A DNA stretch of 32,000 bases from Planctopirus limnophila DSM 3776 (GCF_000092105.1 NC_014148.1:2100001-2132000), one strand, 5' to 3'. Shown: positions 1 to 9,829, counted from the stretch's first letter. Numbers and translations: made by a program. Notes: generated by a model not told the origin, from the sequence alone.

Positions 1-820
1 TCATTGCCGGAAGGTGCCATTAGCCGATGATGTCGACCTGGCTGCGATTGCCTCTTCCACGATTGGTTTCTCGGGTGCAGAGCTGAAGAATCTGGTGAAT
101 GAGGCGGCTTTGGGAGCCGCTCGTGATGGGCGTGATAAAGTTACAAAAGGCGACTTTGATCTGGCTCGCGACCGCGTTCTGATGGGTGCAAAGCGTGAGG
201 AAGTCTTATCGCCCCATGAACGCGAAATGACGGCTTACCACGAGGCTGGCCACGCCTTACTGGCATGGTTCCAGCCAGAGCTTGATCCGGTTCATAAAGT
301 GACGATCATCCCGCGTGGGCGCGCTCTGGGTGTGACTCAACTGCTCCCGAACGAAGAGCGATACAACATTGGCGAGAAGCGCATCCATGCCCAACTCGTC
401 TTCATGCTGGGTGGTCGTGCTGCCGAGAAGCTAGTCTTCGACGAGTATTCGGCTGGGGCCGAAGATGATCTCAAACGGGCCACTCAACTCACCCGGCGGA
501 TGGTCAGTCATTGGGGGATGAGCGAGGTCATCGGGCCGGTCGCCTTCCGGAGTGGCGAAGAACATCCATTCCTGGGGAAGGAAATGTCAGAGCCTCGCGA
601 ACACAGCGAAGCGACGGCTCATCTGATCGATCAGGAAGTACAGCGAATTCTGGTCGAAGCCGCCAATAAAGCCCGACAAATGCTGGTCGATCATCGGGAA
701 GCTCTCGATAAACTTTCGATGGAACTGGTGAAAGCGGAAGCTCTCGATTACGACCAGATGGTCGGGATCATCGGTGAACCAATCCCGAGAACTGAGCACA
801 CTCTTGTGAGTAATGCGTAA
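1..820 (+). CDS. ftsH: ATP-dependent zinc metalloprotease FtsH, C-terminal part (5' end lies outside the window)
   Basis: The reading frame is open to the left edge (…[37 protein letters not shown]…). It has an AAA lid region followed by an M41 peptidase domain with the zinc motif HEAGHA. Stop TAA at 818-820. Confidence 0.95.
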   Translation, partial: HCRKVPLADDVDLAAIASSTIGFSGAELKNLVNEAALGAARDGRDKVTKGDFDLARDRVLMGAKREEVLSPHEREMTAYHEAGHALLAWFQPELDPVHKVTIIPRGRALGVTQLLPNEERYNIGEKRIHAQLVFMLGGRAAEKLVFDEYSAGAEDDLKRATQLTRRMVSHWGMSEVIGPVAFRSGEEHPFLGKEMSEPREHSEATAHLIDQEVQRILVEAANKARQMLVDHREALDKLSMELVKAEALDYDQMVGIIGEPIPRTEHTLVSNA

Positions 821-887
821 GCTGGGGGATGTGAATCACCAGCGAATTATCGCTATTTGATCCGGGTCTTTCTCACCCACTGTGTGC

Positions 888-909
888 CACTGCTGGCTTG
901 CCAGCAGTG
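888..909 (+). terminator. GC-rich hairpin downstream of ftsH (CACTGCTGGC tt GCCAGCAGTG); possible terminator with no U-tract
   Basis: Perfect 10-bp inverted repeat read directly from the sequence, about 70 nt after the ftsH stop. It is followed by TCCTCCC rather than a T-run, so the call is weak. Confidence 0.3.
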
Positions 910-1157
910 CTCCTCCCATGATGTCTTCGTCGTCAGACCTAATCGAAGACCCCACGGCGTCAGATGATCTTGTTCATCACACGCCAAGTACGTCCGAGCT
1001 CGCCCTCATCCCGACCTTCTCCCGTCGGAACGGGAGAAGGAGAAAAAACTCGTAGCAAGCTCCCAGCGTTTTTAGCCGGATTGCAGTCATGCCAATTCGG
1101 CTCTTTGCACACTACTGGTGAACTCAAAGACTTACGCGAGCGGGAGGATCTTCAGAT

Positions 1158-1349
1158 TTACTTCTTGCCGGCTGCATGAGCTGCTGCGGCTTTGGCAGCC
1201 GCCTCTTCGGCTTCTTTCTGAATCTTGGCCGACTCTTCTGCAGTTTTGGTGGCGACCGGGGTACCGCCACCACCGCATCCGGCGAGCATTGTGGTTGAAA
1301 ATCCACCGAGTACAAGAGTGCAGAGGGAGAGACGAATCAGATGAGTCAT
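1158..1349 (-). CDS. small putative lipoprotein (63 aa), Ala/Glu/Lys-rich
   Basis: N-terminal signal peptide with a lipobox-like LAGC (MTHLIRLSLCTLVLGGFSTTMLAGC|GGGG), then a low-complexity charged tail. It lies directly downstream of a DUF1559 gene, as the second lipoprotein does. Confidence 0.5.
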   Translation of the reverse strand: MTHLIRLSLCTLVLGGFSTTMLAGCGGGGTPVATKTAEESAKIQKEAEEAAAKAAAAHAAGKK

Positions 1350-1384
1350 GGAGCAATTCCGCTGTGTAGGAGGAGTAAAGGAAA

Positions 1385-1411
1385 CGCCTGCCGCGAATAT
1401 CGCGACAGGCG
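1385..1411 (-). terminator. rho-independent terminator after DUF1559 gene 1
   Basis: Read on the minus strand the sequence is GCGCCTGTCGCGA-tat-TCGCGGCAGGCG followed by TTTCCTTT. The single imperfect position is a G.U pair only on the minus strand. Confidence 0.6.
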
Positions 1412-1464
1412 CAAAAAGACAAACATCTTTGTACTAAGTATACGGCACTGACTGGTGGCTCAGA

Positions 1465-2463
1465 TTAGAACTCGCCCAGGGTCTCGCCACCGTTCTTGGA
1501 GCCGATGCCGCGATAAAGCGTCAGGTCGATATTCTCGCTCAGGAATTTGACGGCCCCATCCCCCATCAGGAAGTGGGCACCACCGGTATGGCGGCTGCCA
1601 AAGCCTTGGTCTGAACCGCCATTGATGCGATAAAGTCCTTGCCCCGTTGTGGCATCGAGCACGTTGTCCATGATTCGAAGCTGTCCACCAATTGAGCTGC
1701 GACCATTGCAGCCGGCGTTGTTGTTGCCGCCTGCCCAGAGAGGATAATTTCCGTTACCTGTATTGGTTGGTGAGACGTTGGCAGAAATCGAAACTTCACC
1801 CAGCATCGCCGTATTCGACGTTCCATCCGTGATATCACGCATCTTCGTGAACCATGTGTCGTCATTGTTGTTCGACATTAGGAAAATGCCCGTCTGCCTG
1901 TTGCCACGCCAGTTACCATCGGCGCATGTGGTGCTGATTTCACCACCGATGTTGCCCAGATAGTTGGACTTGGCATATCCATCATTATCTTTGGCTGGCA
2001 GGACATCAGAGGGACACACGAAAGCAGCCAGTGTGTTTCTGGCAGCACCACCAGCGGCATTGCCGTTGATTTCCGCGGCGTTATTGGCTGGTGTTCCATC
2101 GATATTGGCATGCCTGAGATAACCCGAACTATTGACAGGGACGCGGTGAAAGTACAACACATCCGCAACCAACAAGTTGTAGAGCGGAGCCTGATCCAAC
2201 TCTGGGAGAATGGCGGCACCCCAACCCCAGCTACGGTTATCGTCATCCGACATACCTGTTGGGAACACGTTGTAGGTGTCGTGGAAGTTGTGGAGTGCCA
2301 GACCAAACTGCTTGAGGTTGTTGCGGCACTGGGTTCTTCGGGCCGCCTCGCGAGCCTGTTGGACCGCGGGCAATAGCAGTGCAATCAGAATGGCGATAAT
2401 CGCAATCACCACCAGCAGCTCAATGAGCGTAAAGCCGGTACGACGCACACAATGAGTTTTCAT
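1465..2463 (-). CDS. DUF1559 / prepilin-type N-terminal cleavage-methylation domain protein (H-X9-DG family)
   Basis: Pilin-like N-terminus [53 protein letters not shown]-terminal motif [12 protein letters not shown] (H-X9-DG). I chose the start at ATG 2463 because GAGGAG lies 7 nt upstream; the longest ORF extends to 2517. Confidence 0.9.
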   Translation of the reverse strand: MKTHCVRRTGFTLIELLVVIAIIAILIALLLPAVQQAREAARRTQCRNNLKQFGLALHNFHDTYNVFPTGMSDDDNRSWGWGAAILPELDQAPLYNLLVADVLYFHRVPVNSSGYLRHANIDGTPANNAAEINGNAAGGAARNTLAAFVCPSDVLPAKDNDGYAKSNYLGNIGGEISTTCADGNWRGNRQTGIFLMSNNNDDTWFTKMRDITDGTSNTAMLGEVSISANVSPTNTGNGNYPLWAGGNNNAGCNGRSSIGGQLRIMDNVLDATTGQGLYRINGGSDQGFGSRHTGGAHFLMGDGAVKFLSENIDLTLYRGIGSKNGGETLGEF

Positions 2464-2842
2464 GCGAAGCTCCTCAGAACGAGTAAAAAGACAAGAAAGA
2501 CAGAAAGGAATCAGCAAAAGACAGGCCGTGAGTCAAACATCCGATGTATGTCCTGACCCACACTATCATCGGTGAGATTAGTCACAGAGAGTCAACAAAT
2601 CAACACCCATCAATACTTAAGAATGTGTGATTTTTCGAGAATTAACCCATTGCCCAGAAACGACTTAGTACACACACCATCCATGCTGGTATAACTACCA
2701 ACACAGCATATTGACACCACTTAGATTGCGAGGTCAGGTATTCACTAGAGTCGAACGAAAAGGATCGGCATCACTCTTTAGTCAACGAGGCACAACTCAA
2801 GGGCGAGTGGAGAAAATGCCGCCTTCGCTTCATGTGGCATGA

Positions 2843-2880
2843 AATGAGCAAGCCCCTACTTTCGTAAGGGCTTGCTCATT
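2843..2880 (-). terminator. 13-bp stem hairpin downstream of the 110-aa lipoprotein gene
   Basis: AATGAGCAAGCCC (2843-2855) pairs perfectly with GGGCTTGCTCATT (2868-2880). The U-tract is weak on either strand. Confidence 0.45.
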
Positions 2881-2979
2881 GAAAATCTGCTTTTCGGAGC
2901 TTGAACACGGCACATGATCAATCACAGTTAATCATGCCGCAACAGGCTGAATACAGATTGCTGCAGCTGCTCAAATCAA

Positions 2980-3312
2980 TCATTGGCTCGGGAGCTTTTT
3001 GAGGAGTTCTGCTGCGAGCTTCTTGCGGGTTGCTGGATTCGGATTACTGGTCGCGGCGTCGAACTCTGCCTGCAAGGCGGCTGTCTCGACGCCGGGTACA
3101 GAAACTTTGCCAAGTTCTTCACGGATCACGCTGACACCACTATCTGTCTGACCTGAATTCGAGAAGAACGTCAGCCACTCACGAACACGATCCAACGAGG
3201 TTGTTTCTTTAACTTTTTGAGCGGGAGCATACTTCTGCTCACCGGAGCTGCACCCTGAAACAACTGTTATGGAAAGAACAATTGCTGCGAAAGTTGCATA
3301 ACTTCTGATCAT
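2980..3312 (-). CDS. putative lipoprotein (110 aa), function unknown
   Basis: Signal peptide plus lipobox MIRSYATFAAIVLSITVVSGC|SSGEQ. It is the only long ORF in this interval and lies downstream of DUF1559 gene 2. Confidence 0.6.
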   Translation of the reverse strand: MIRSYATFAAIVLSITVVSGCSSGEQKYAPAQKVKETTSLDRVREWLTFFSNSGQTDSGVSVIREELGKVSVPGVETAALQAEFDAATSNPNPATRKKLAAELLKKLPSQ

Positions 3313-3435
3313 GTTGGCTCCGCAAAATTCTAAGTGTTTTATCGAGATCGAGCTGATGAAAAAATCTTGAGTTCAAGCAATAGGAGTGATTGCAGTCAAC
3401 GATTTCAAAAGTATCCCCAATCGTCGGGACGGAAT

Positions 3436-3472
3436 AAAAACACCACTGCAGGAAGAACCAGCAGTGGTGTTT
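3436..3472 (-). terminator. rho-independent terminator after DUF1559 gene 2
   Basis: Minus strand reads AAACACCACTGC-11 nt loop-GCAGTGGTGTTT followed by TTATTCC, a stem plus T-run. It sits 19 nt after the stop at 3491. Confidence 0.75.
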
Positions 3473-3490
3473 GGTCGTAAACAGATCGAG

Positions 3491-4495
3491 TTAGAAGTCG
3501 CCTAATGGATTCCCATCGGCACGGGCGCCCGCTCTTTGCCATAATAACGTGTCAATGTTCTCACTGATGAAGCGAACGGTTCCATCACCCATGGCAACAT
3601 GTGCACCGCCAGTATGGCGACTACGGGCAGGAGCAATTGAAGATCGGTCAGCACATAATCCAAAGCCACCACCATAAGCTGCCGAACGGAATTTCCAGTT
3701 GGGGGTTGCCGCAGTGTTAAAGAGTGTCTGGTGAGGATAGGGTGAGGTCCAATCACTGCCACATGCACTCAAAGAACCTTCAGCTGTTGTTGAAAGCCCA
3801 TTGAGTACCGCCCCTTCGGTAGCAAGTTCTGCAGCTGTGGGAAAATCGTTGTTAGCGAACGTGGGGTTTGTCGGATTACGCACGATGTCGGAATCCGATG
3901 TTCCGTTCTGATTGTTATCTCCCTTTAACAGTTCACCCAGAATGACCACATTGGATGAACCGTCCGTAATATCCCGGAAGTTCATTTCGCGCCCCTGGGT
4001 GATTATCCCATTGGAAACGGATCCAACAGAGGTCGCAGTCATTCCGCCCCAGTTATTCCAAGCGGAACCTGTACAGCCTGCGTAGTTATTACCTGGCTGT
4101 GCACCACCGTAGGGACGGTCTGACGGGCAAACAAAAGCTGCAATCTTCGAATTACGTGCGGTGGCGTTGGCCCCGTTGTCATAGGTGACGTTCATGTTCC
4201 ATGTGTTGAAGAGGGGCGTCTGATCCACATAGGGAAGAATCGACACGACCCAGGAATGTCCATGCCAGCCACTCCCGGTCGAAGGCCAGTAAGCGCCTTT
4301 GGGAAACATGTTGTAGACGTCGTGATAATTGTGCAGTGCCAATCCCAACTGCTTCAGGTTGTTACGGCACTGGGTGCGACGGGCTGCTTCTCGGGCCTGC
4401 TGAACGGCGGGCAACAGCAATGCGATCAGAATGGCGATGATGGCGATCACCACTAACAGTTCAATCAACGTGAATCCGCGGCGAAGTGACTTCAT
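3491..4495 (-). CDS. DUF1559 / prepilin-type N-terminal cleavage-methylation domain protein (H-X9-DG family), paralogue of 1465..2463
   Basis: [49 protein letters not shown]…, and [12 protein letters not shown] near the C-terminus. I chose the start at ATG 4495 (AGGAAG upstream); the longest ORF extends to 4537. Confidence 0.9.
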   Translation of the reverse strand: MKSLRRGFTLIELLVVIAIIAILIALLLPAVQQAREAARRTQCRNNLKQLGLALHNYHDVYNMFPKGAYWPSTGSGWHGHSWVVSILPYVDQTPLFNTWNMNVTYDNGANATARNSKIAAFVCPSDRPYGGAQPGNNYAGCTGSAWNNWGGMTATSVGSVSNGIITQGREMNFRDITDGSSNVVILGELLKGDNNQNGTSDSDIVRNPTNPTFANNDFPTAAELATEGAVLNGLSTTAEGSLSACGSDWTSPYPHQTLFNTAATPNWKFRSAAYGGGFGLCADRSSIAPARSRHTGGAHVAMGDGTVRFISENIDTLLWQRAGARADGNPLGDF

Positions 4496-4630
4496 AGAAT
4501 CTTCCTGAAGATGTGAGAGAAAAGACATGATCATCAAGTATAGACATCAACACATCTCCATGCAAATCCCAAGTCTCTTTGCCAACAAAAAATTCAGGCA
4601 CGCGCAAACTGTTTGATTATTAGTAGTTAC

Positions 4631-4681
4631 AAAAAACACAGGTGCCAGAACTCTCTTGCAAATTGAGAATTCTGACACCTG
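4631..4681 (-). terminator. rho-independent terminator after the ThuA-like gene
   Basis: Minus strand reads CAGGTGTCAGAATTCTC-aatttgcaa-GAGAGTTCTGGCACCTG followed by TGTTTTTTGT. The two imperfect positions are G.U pairs on the minus strand only. Confidence 0.75.
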
Positions 4682-4747
4682 AATTGCTGTCTTGAGTGAA
4701 AATACTCAAGAGCTGGCGACGCCTTGAGTGTTTTCAACTGATCGAAC

Positions 4748-5674
4748 TTAACGTGAGACTGGCAAAGACTTTTCGGGGATTGGCTTTAATCCGGGGAGCT
4801 CAATGGGTGTGATGCCGCTCCCTTCGTAGCCTGGCACTGGCTGGCCATTTTCCTGCAGTTTGTCGACTGTCCAGAGCACGCCCCGGGTGACGACTCCCAA
4901 CCACTCCTCGCTCAGCATCGTCTCATTGGGATGCCCCAAAGTGGTGCCAAACACCTTGGTTTTTCCCAATGTGTTCAACCAGATCACAGGATGCTCGGTC
5001 TTGGTTTGAGGTCCGAACGCGGTCGCGAGCGGAGTGCAGTTCGGCCAAACCTTTTCAATGACATACAATTCATCGGTCGGCGTAATCCACTTTTCGGGAA
5101 AGCCCTGCATAACAGGGTGCTGGGGCATGGCGTTGACGACATTTATTGGCCGTGCCTTTTCGTGCCAGCGTGAGGTGACGCCAATCAGTTCCCGCCAGCC
5201 ATCGGCAATATCACCCGCATTGCGATAACTGTGCATCGAGCAATGAATGAAAATTGCCGGCTTCCCTTCCATGTGCGCCTTCAAGATCTTGCGAATAAAG
5301 GCTTCGTCCTTAACGTCGCCGAAGCATTCGTTGTGGATGATCACGTCGTAACCATCGGCCCAGTTCGCCTCGTTGTATTTCGATACTTGATGGTCCTTTT
5401 TGCCATCGCCTTCTTCAACCACATCGACCTGAATCCGCGCCCGCTGTGCCAACCCTTTCGAGATGATGATTCCCTGCCTTGGATAATCGTGGCAGCACCC
5501 ACCTGAAATCAGCAGAGCACGAATCGGTGACACCGTTTCGCCAGCTTTGGCGGCAACAGGCTGTTCTTCTTGCGCATCAGCGACATTCCCGAGCGATAAC
5601 GCCATGACACCACAGGCCAGCATCGCAATTGCCAAGAAGCCCCGAGTTTTATTGAGAGATTGATCCATTTGCAT
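4748..5674 (-). CDS. ThuA-domain (trehalose-utilisation-like) protein, secreted
   Basis: N-terminal signal peptide, then ThuA-like blocks (RALLISGGCCHDYPRQ, …KVFGTTLGHPNETM…, GVLWTV). Confidence 0.8.
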   Translation of the reverse strand: MQMDQSLNKTRGFLAIAMLACGVMALSLGNVADAQEEQPVAAKAGETVSPIRALLISGGCCHDYPRQGIIISKGLAQRARIQVDVVEEGDGKKDHQVSKYNEANWADGYDVIIHNECFGDVKDEAFIRKILKAHMEGKPAIFIHCSMHSYRNAGDIADGWRELIGVTSRWHEKARPINVVNAMPQHPVMQGFPEKWITPTDELYVIEKVWPNCTPLATAFGPQTKTEHPVIWLNTLGKTKVFGTTLGHPNETMLSEEWLGVVTRGVLWTVDKLQENGQPVPGYEGSGITPIELPGLKPIPEKSLPVSR

Positions 5675-6115
5675 CTGCTGCCTCGTCTTTAGAAGTGATC
5701 GATTGAAAATGTTGGCAAAGCTCTCCGGTCTCCCTTAGGCCTGAGTTCGACCGATCATATCAACGGTCGGTGACCAATAACATCTTCCCGTTCACTTTAC
5801 GATCCGTGAGATAACTTCTTCTTCCCGGAAGCTGCCTTGCAGATGGCGACACTCATCACGAATGTCGATCGAGCTGAACTTTTCAGCAGCATCTTTACAG
5901 TTCATCAGCGGGGTGCGATACTTTATTCACGCTAGAACCTCACTGTCCCCTGAACTACCTGAAAGTTCTGAGCAGGTTCTGGCACGATGACCTACCGCCA
6001 GAGAGCAGTCTCAATGGCTTATTTTCGAGGTTGAACCATGCTTTCCAGACAGCAGCCTCTTTCCCATGACCAGAGTGATCCAGGGCAGGTCACGATTGGT
6101 GCCCATTCCTATCGG

Positions 6116-6169
6116 CTGTTGAGCAATGTCTCGCTGTTGAGCAATCTCGCGCTGTTGAGTAATGTCGCA
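6116..6169 (+). repeat. 3 x 18-bp tandem repeat (CTGTTGAGCAATGTCTCG / CTGTTGAGCAATCTCGCG / CTGTTGAGTAATGTCGCA)
   Basis: Read directly from the sequence. It ends 16 bp before ATG 6185. If ATG 6038 were the real start it would encode LLSNVS-LLSNLA-LLSNVA. Confidence 0.9.
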
Positions 6170-6184
6170 ATCATTCCGCACTTC

Positions 6185-8008
6185 ATGAATCGAGCCAGCC
6201 GGTGTTCTGTCGATTGGTCTAAGTTCACAACGAACGCGTTGAAAACCTTGATCTGCCTGGTCGTCACTGGTGGCGGAATCTGTTCCCTTCCAACTGAAGC
6301 TGACGCCCAGCATCAACCCACCCCCCGAACCTCACGTTCCGCGTTCCCGCAAGGTCAACCTTACTATCCACCCCATGGTGGAAATTCTGGCTATGGTGGA
6401 TATCGCGGACGATCGTATGGCGGCTGGGGTGTGGTCAGCACGCAAGGCCCGGGCTGGGTGGGTGGCACATTCACTTCCGGTGGCATGATCACTTACAACC
6501 TGCCGTTGTTCCCCGCTTATTATGGCGGCTGGGGCAATTACGGCGCAGTGCCGTATTACTCAACCTGGGGTGCCTTTGCCCCCGGCATGGCTGGGCCGAT
6601 TGGTGGTTATTCCTGGGGTGTCACCCAGACCGGGCCGGGCTGGGGGCCACCCATTGGTGGCAGCGTCTACACACCCGTGCTGGGGCCCAACGGCTTCGAG
6701 AACAGGTATGTGGGGACCTATGGCCTTGGCCCTTTGGGTGGCAGCATTATCAACTCCCCTTCGCCAGGCGCTCCGCTCCCCGGCATTAATGGTGGTGTAC
6801 CCATTGGTGCGGGAATCATCGGCCCTCAAGGAAACATGCAGCCCGGGAACATTCCCGGCGGCCCGATTGTCGATCAATTCGGGATTGATGCCGCTTTGGT
6901 CGATCCGGCCCAACGCCCTGTCGCAGCTTCCAGTCCCGACTCAAAAATCAAAAGCCTGGAGGCCCAAAGCCTGGGAGATCACTGGTTTCGCCAGCAGCAA
7001 TGGGCGAAAGCCTTTACTGAGTACCGCAAAGCAGTGAGCCTGGCAGATGACCGGGGTGAAGCCCATTTCCGCACAGGTCTATGTCTGGCTGCCATGGGCC
7101 AGTTCACGTCGGCTGTAGCGTACTTCAAACGGGCTTTGTATCTGAATCCGGAAATCGCCCGAGACGGCGAATCACTTGTGATGCTTTTCGGCGAAGACCA
7201 CGATCTCGCACGCTTGAATACGATTCATCGCGTCAGTGACTGGGTGCGCGGTGACATCCGAGATACCGACCGCCTGTTTTTGCTGGGGCTGCTGCTGCAT
7301 TTTGATCGCGACCCGCGATCAGTTGAAGTTCTGACGGCGGGCCTGCAGATGGCTGGTCGCGGCCCTCATTTTGAAACACTTCTGGCCAGTCAGTTGGCTG
7401 CCGCGCAGCCAGCCCCTGGCGAAGTACAAGATCAACTTCCTGCCATCCCTGGACAAAACCCTTCGGGATTGAATCCACCCCCGTCTGATCCATTAACGAA
7501 CCAGCCCCCGCGGTCTTTGGGGCAGGGGGTGGCACAGCCGCAGCCCAGGTACTCCCCTGTGAATCCTCCCACGTCGAGCTATACAGTCATTCAACCACGT
7601 GGCGCCCGCAGCAATCCCACAATTCCACCGCGAACCTTGCCTCGGGAACCGCTGTTTGACCCTGCTCGTCCAGAACCAGTCCCTCAGAGTGATTTACCAC
7701 CGTTACCATCAAAAAACGTCATTGATCAGCAGCCACCTGTCCCGGCGATCCCTCAGGAAGCAGGCCGGGATTCGCTGCCAATGCAGCCTTCGCCTTTGCC
7801 GCCCCCACCAGTCGCACCTCTTCCTGAGGACGGACCACCCACCAGACCGACGGTTCCTGAAGCGGGCAGTTCCGGCAATATGCCAGTCGTCGTCCCCCAA
7901 CTCCCTGGTATGAGCGGAGCGACAGCCGGAACTTCAAAGCAAGTTCCTACAAAACCCAAACCACCCGTCAGCAGCACTGGTCCCATGTTGCCACCTCCCA
8001 GCCCGTAA
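6185..8008 (+). CDS. secreted low-complexity protein: Gly/Tyr/Trp-rich region, TPR-like central domain, Pro-rich tail
   Basis: Long ORF. From M at 6185 there is a signal-peptide-like N-terminus (MNRASRCSVDWSKFTTNALKTLICLVVTGGGICSLPTEADA|Q). TPR-like helices follow (WFRQQQWAKAFTEYRKAVSL…GQFTSAVAYFKRALYLNPE). The alternative start is 6038. Confidence 0.7.
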   Translation: MNRASRCSVDWSKFTTNALKTLICLVVTGGGICSLPTEADAQHQPTPRTSRSAFPQGQPYYPPHGGNSGYGGYRGRSYGGWGVVSTQGPGWVGGTFTSGGMITYNLPLFPAYYGGWGNYGAVPYYSTWGAFAPGMAGPIGGYSWGVTQTGPGWGPPIGGSVYTPVLGPNGFENRYVGTYGLGPLGGSIINSPSPGAPLPGINGGVPIGAGIIGPQGNMQPGNIPGGPIVDQFGIDAALVDPAQRPVAASSPDSKIKSLEAQSLGDHWFRQQQWAKAFTEYRKAVSLADDRGEAHFRTGLCLAAMGQFTSAVAYFKRALYLNPEIARDGESLVMLFGEDHDLARLNTIHRVSDWVRGDIRDTDRLFLLGLLLHFDRDPRSVEVLTAGLQMAGRGPHFETLLASQLAAAQPAPGEVQDQLPAIPGQNPSGLNPPPSDPLTNQPPRSLGQGVAQPQPRYSPVNPPTSSYTVIQPRGARSNPTIPPRTLPREPLFDPARPEPVPQSDLPPLPSKNVIDQQPPVPAIPQEAGRDSLPMQPSPLPPPPVAPLPEDGPPTRPTVPEAGSSGNMPVVVPQLPGMSGATAGTSKQVPTKPKPPVSSTGPMLPPPSP

Positions 8009-8221
8009 TCCATGATCCCAGACTCTGAAGGGGCGATTACAGTCAACTTTCGTCGATTCAAACAGTTCTCAGAATTCGTTCGAAGCGATGTCACCAAATT
8101 GAGTTGCATGGGGCTCGACAACAGGCGAGATTACGTCCAACTTTCGCCATTGGGCATCAGATGAATATGTTTCCATCGATGTCGCGTTATTGAGTCACCA
8201 CCTGATTCTGGACAGGGACGC

Positions 8222-8983
8222 ATGAGCAATGTGCACGACGCACAGATTCTGATCTCCATCTGTACTTACAACGAAAAGGAGAACATCCAAAGGCTGCTCC
8301 CCATGATCCGGGAAGTCCTGCCTGCCGCACACATCATGGTTGTGGATGACAATTCACCAGATGGAACGGCCCAAGTCGTGCGCGACTTATCGCAAACCGA
8401 CCAGCACATCGAGTTGTTTCTCAGGCTGAATAAAGAAGGTCTGGGAGCTGCACAACTGGCCTCCTTTCGTAAAGCCTGCGAAAGCTCTTTTGACTATCTC
8501 ATCAACATGGATGCAGATTTCAGCCATCACCCGCGCTATTTGCCATCGTTGATTACCGCGATGGGAACCGCCGATGTGGTGATCGGTTCCCGCTATGTGC
8601 CGGGTGGTGGAGTCCAGGGCTGGCCCCGGAGTCGCCGGCTGATGAGCTTTCTGGTGAATCTTTATTCGCGGACACTGCTGGGCATCAAGGCTCGAGACAC
8701 CAGTGGTGCCTACCGCTGCTACCGGCTGGAGACATTGCGGCAAGTGCCTCTTGATCAAGTCCGTTCCCGAGGCTACGCCTTCCAGGAAGAGATCCTCTTC
8801 CGGCTGGTTCGCGCTGGTGCTCGCGTGGTCGAAGTCCCCATCCTCTTTGAAGACCGTCAGCACGGCCAGTCAAAAATCAACTGGAAGGTCGCCCTGGTGG
8901 CACTTTGGGACATGTTCTGTGTCGCAACTGAGCGACTTAGCCGCCAACCCGTCAAGCAGGAAATCTCGACTCAGGCAGAATAA
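8222..8983 (+). CDS. GT2 glycosyltransferase, polyprenol/dolichol-phosphate mannose synthase-like
   Basis: ICTYNEKENI…IMVVDDNSPDGTAQVVRDL…, DADFSHHP and a VIGSRY block, all typical of Dpm1/Ppm1-type GT2 enzymes. Confidence 0.85.
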   Translation: MSNVHDAQILISICTYNEKENIQRLLPMIREVLPAAHIMVVDDNSPDGTAQVVRDLSQTDQHIELFLRLNKEGLGAAQLASFRKACESSFDYLINMDADFSHHPRYLPSLITAMGTADVVIGSRYVPGGGVQGWPRSRRLMSFLVNLYSRTLLGIKARDTSGAYRCYRLETLRQVPLDQVRSRGYAFQEEILFRLVRAGARVVEVPILFEDRQHGQSKINWKVALVALWDMFCVATERLSRQPVKQEISTQAE

Positions 8984-9829
8984 TTACGAATGCGTATGCT
9001 CCGGCCCGGGAAACTGGCCAGCATGGACTTCCTGCACATATGCGCGGGCAGCACTGCGAATCTGCGAGTCGATCTCAGCAAACCGCTTCAGAAACCTGGG
9101 TGAGAAACCTGGCGTGATCCCCAGTAAATCGGGCCCCACGAGAACCTGTCCATCACAATGTGGGCCAGCACCAATGCCAATGGTCGGAATTCGCAAAGAT
9201 TTGGTCACCAGTTCGGCAATCTCCGAAGGAATCAGTTCGAGGACAATGCCAAAAGCACCAGCCTCCTCGGCGGCTTTCGCATCAGCCAGAATCACGTCGG
9301 CATTGCGTTGAATCCGGCCCAATCCGCCCAATTTGTGCATTGCCTGTGGTCTTAACCCCACATGGGCCATCACGGGGATATCGGAATCAGCAATCCGGCG
9401 AATCGTTTCGGCCTGCAAGGCACCACCTTCCAGTTTGACCGCCGCCGCCCCGGTTTCTTTGAGGATGCGACCGGCATTCGCCACTGCCTGATCGCCATTC
9501 ACCTGATAACTCATGAATGGCAGATCGACGATCACCAACGCCCGCTGACAGGCCCGAGCCACGATTTCACCATGATAGATCATCTGGTCGATCGTGACAG
9601 GCAATGTTGAACTGCGACCTTGCACCACCATTCCTAAAGAATCTCCCACCAGCACCGAATCGACGCCCGATTCATCAAAAGCTCTGGCCATGAGGAAGTC
9701 GTAGGCTGTCGCCATGGCCAGTTTTTCGCCGCGAGCTTTGGCTCCCTGGAAACGGGGAACTGTCATCCTGGGGCCAGTGAATGATCCTTCAGCCTGACCG
9801 TGAGGAAGGAGTGGGGCATGGTGCGACAT
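8984..9829 (-). CDS. panB: 3-methyl-2-oxobutanoate hydroxymethyltransferase (ketopantoate hydroxymethyltransferase)
   Basis: Collinear with my recollection of E. coli PanB: ATAYD…VLVGDSLGMVVQG…STLPVT, VDLPFMSY, KLEGG, IGIGAG. The start could instead be Met22 (9766), which gives a more canonical length. Confidence 0.95.
   Translation of the reverse strand: MSHHAPLLPHGQAEGSFTGPRMTVPRFQGAKARGEKLAMATAYDFLMARAFDESGVDSVLVGDSLGMVVQGRSSTLPVTIDQMIYHGEIVARACQRALVIVDLPFMSYQVNGDQAVANAGRILKETGAAAVKLEGGALQAETIRRIADSDIPVMAHVGLRPQAMHKLGGLGRIQRNADVILADAKAAEEAGAFGIVLELIPSEIAELVTKSLRIPTIGIGAGPHCDGQVLVGPDLLGITPGFSPRFLKRFAEIDSQIRSAARAYVQEVHAGQFPGPEHTHS

Noticed and set aside
964-1422. Several overlapping 63-96-aa ORFs lie on both strands downstream of ftsH.
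   Set aside because: Only 1158-1349 (minus strand) has a coherent signal peptide and lipobox. The others are frame shadows of it or of non-coding DNA.
8981-8986. The glycosyltransferase and panB stop codons abut with zero intergenic bases (TAA|TTA), which might have hinted at a fusion, frameshift or assembly artefact.
   Set aside because: Both proteins are full length with normal C-termini. Tight convergent packing also occurs at 29637/29643 and 15548/15570, so it appears normal for this genome.
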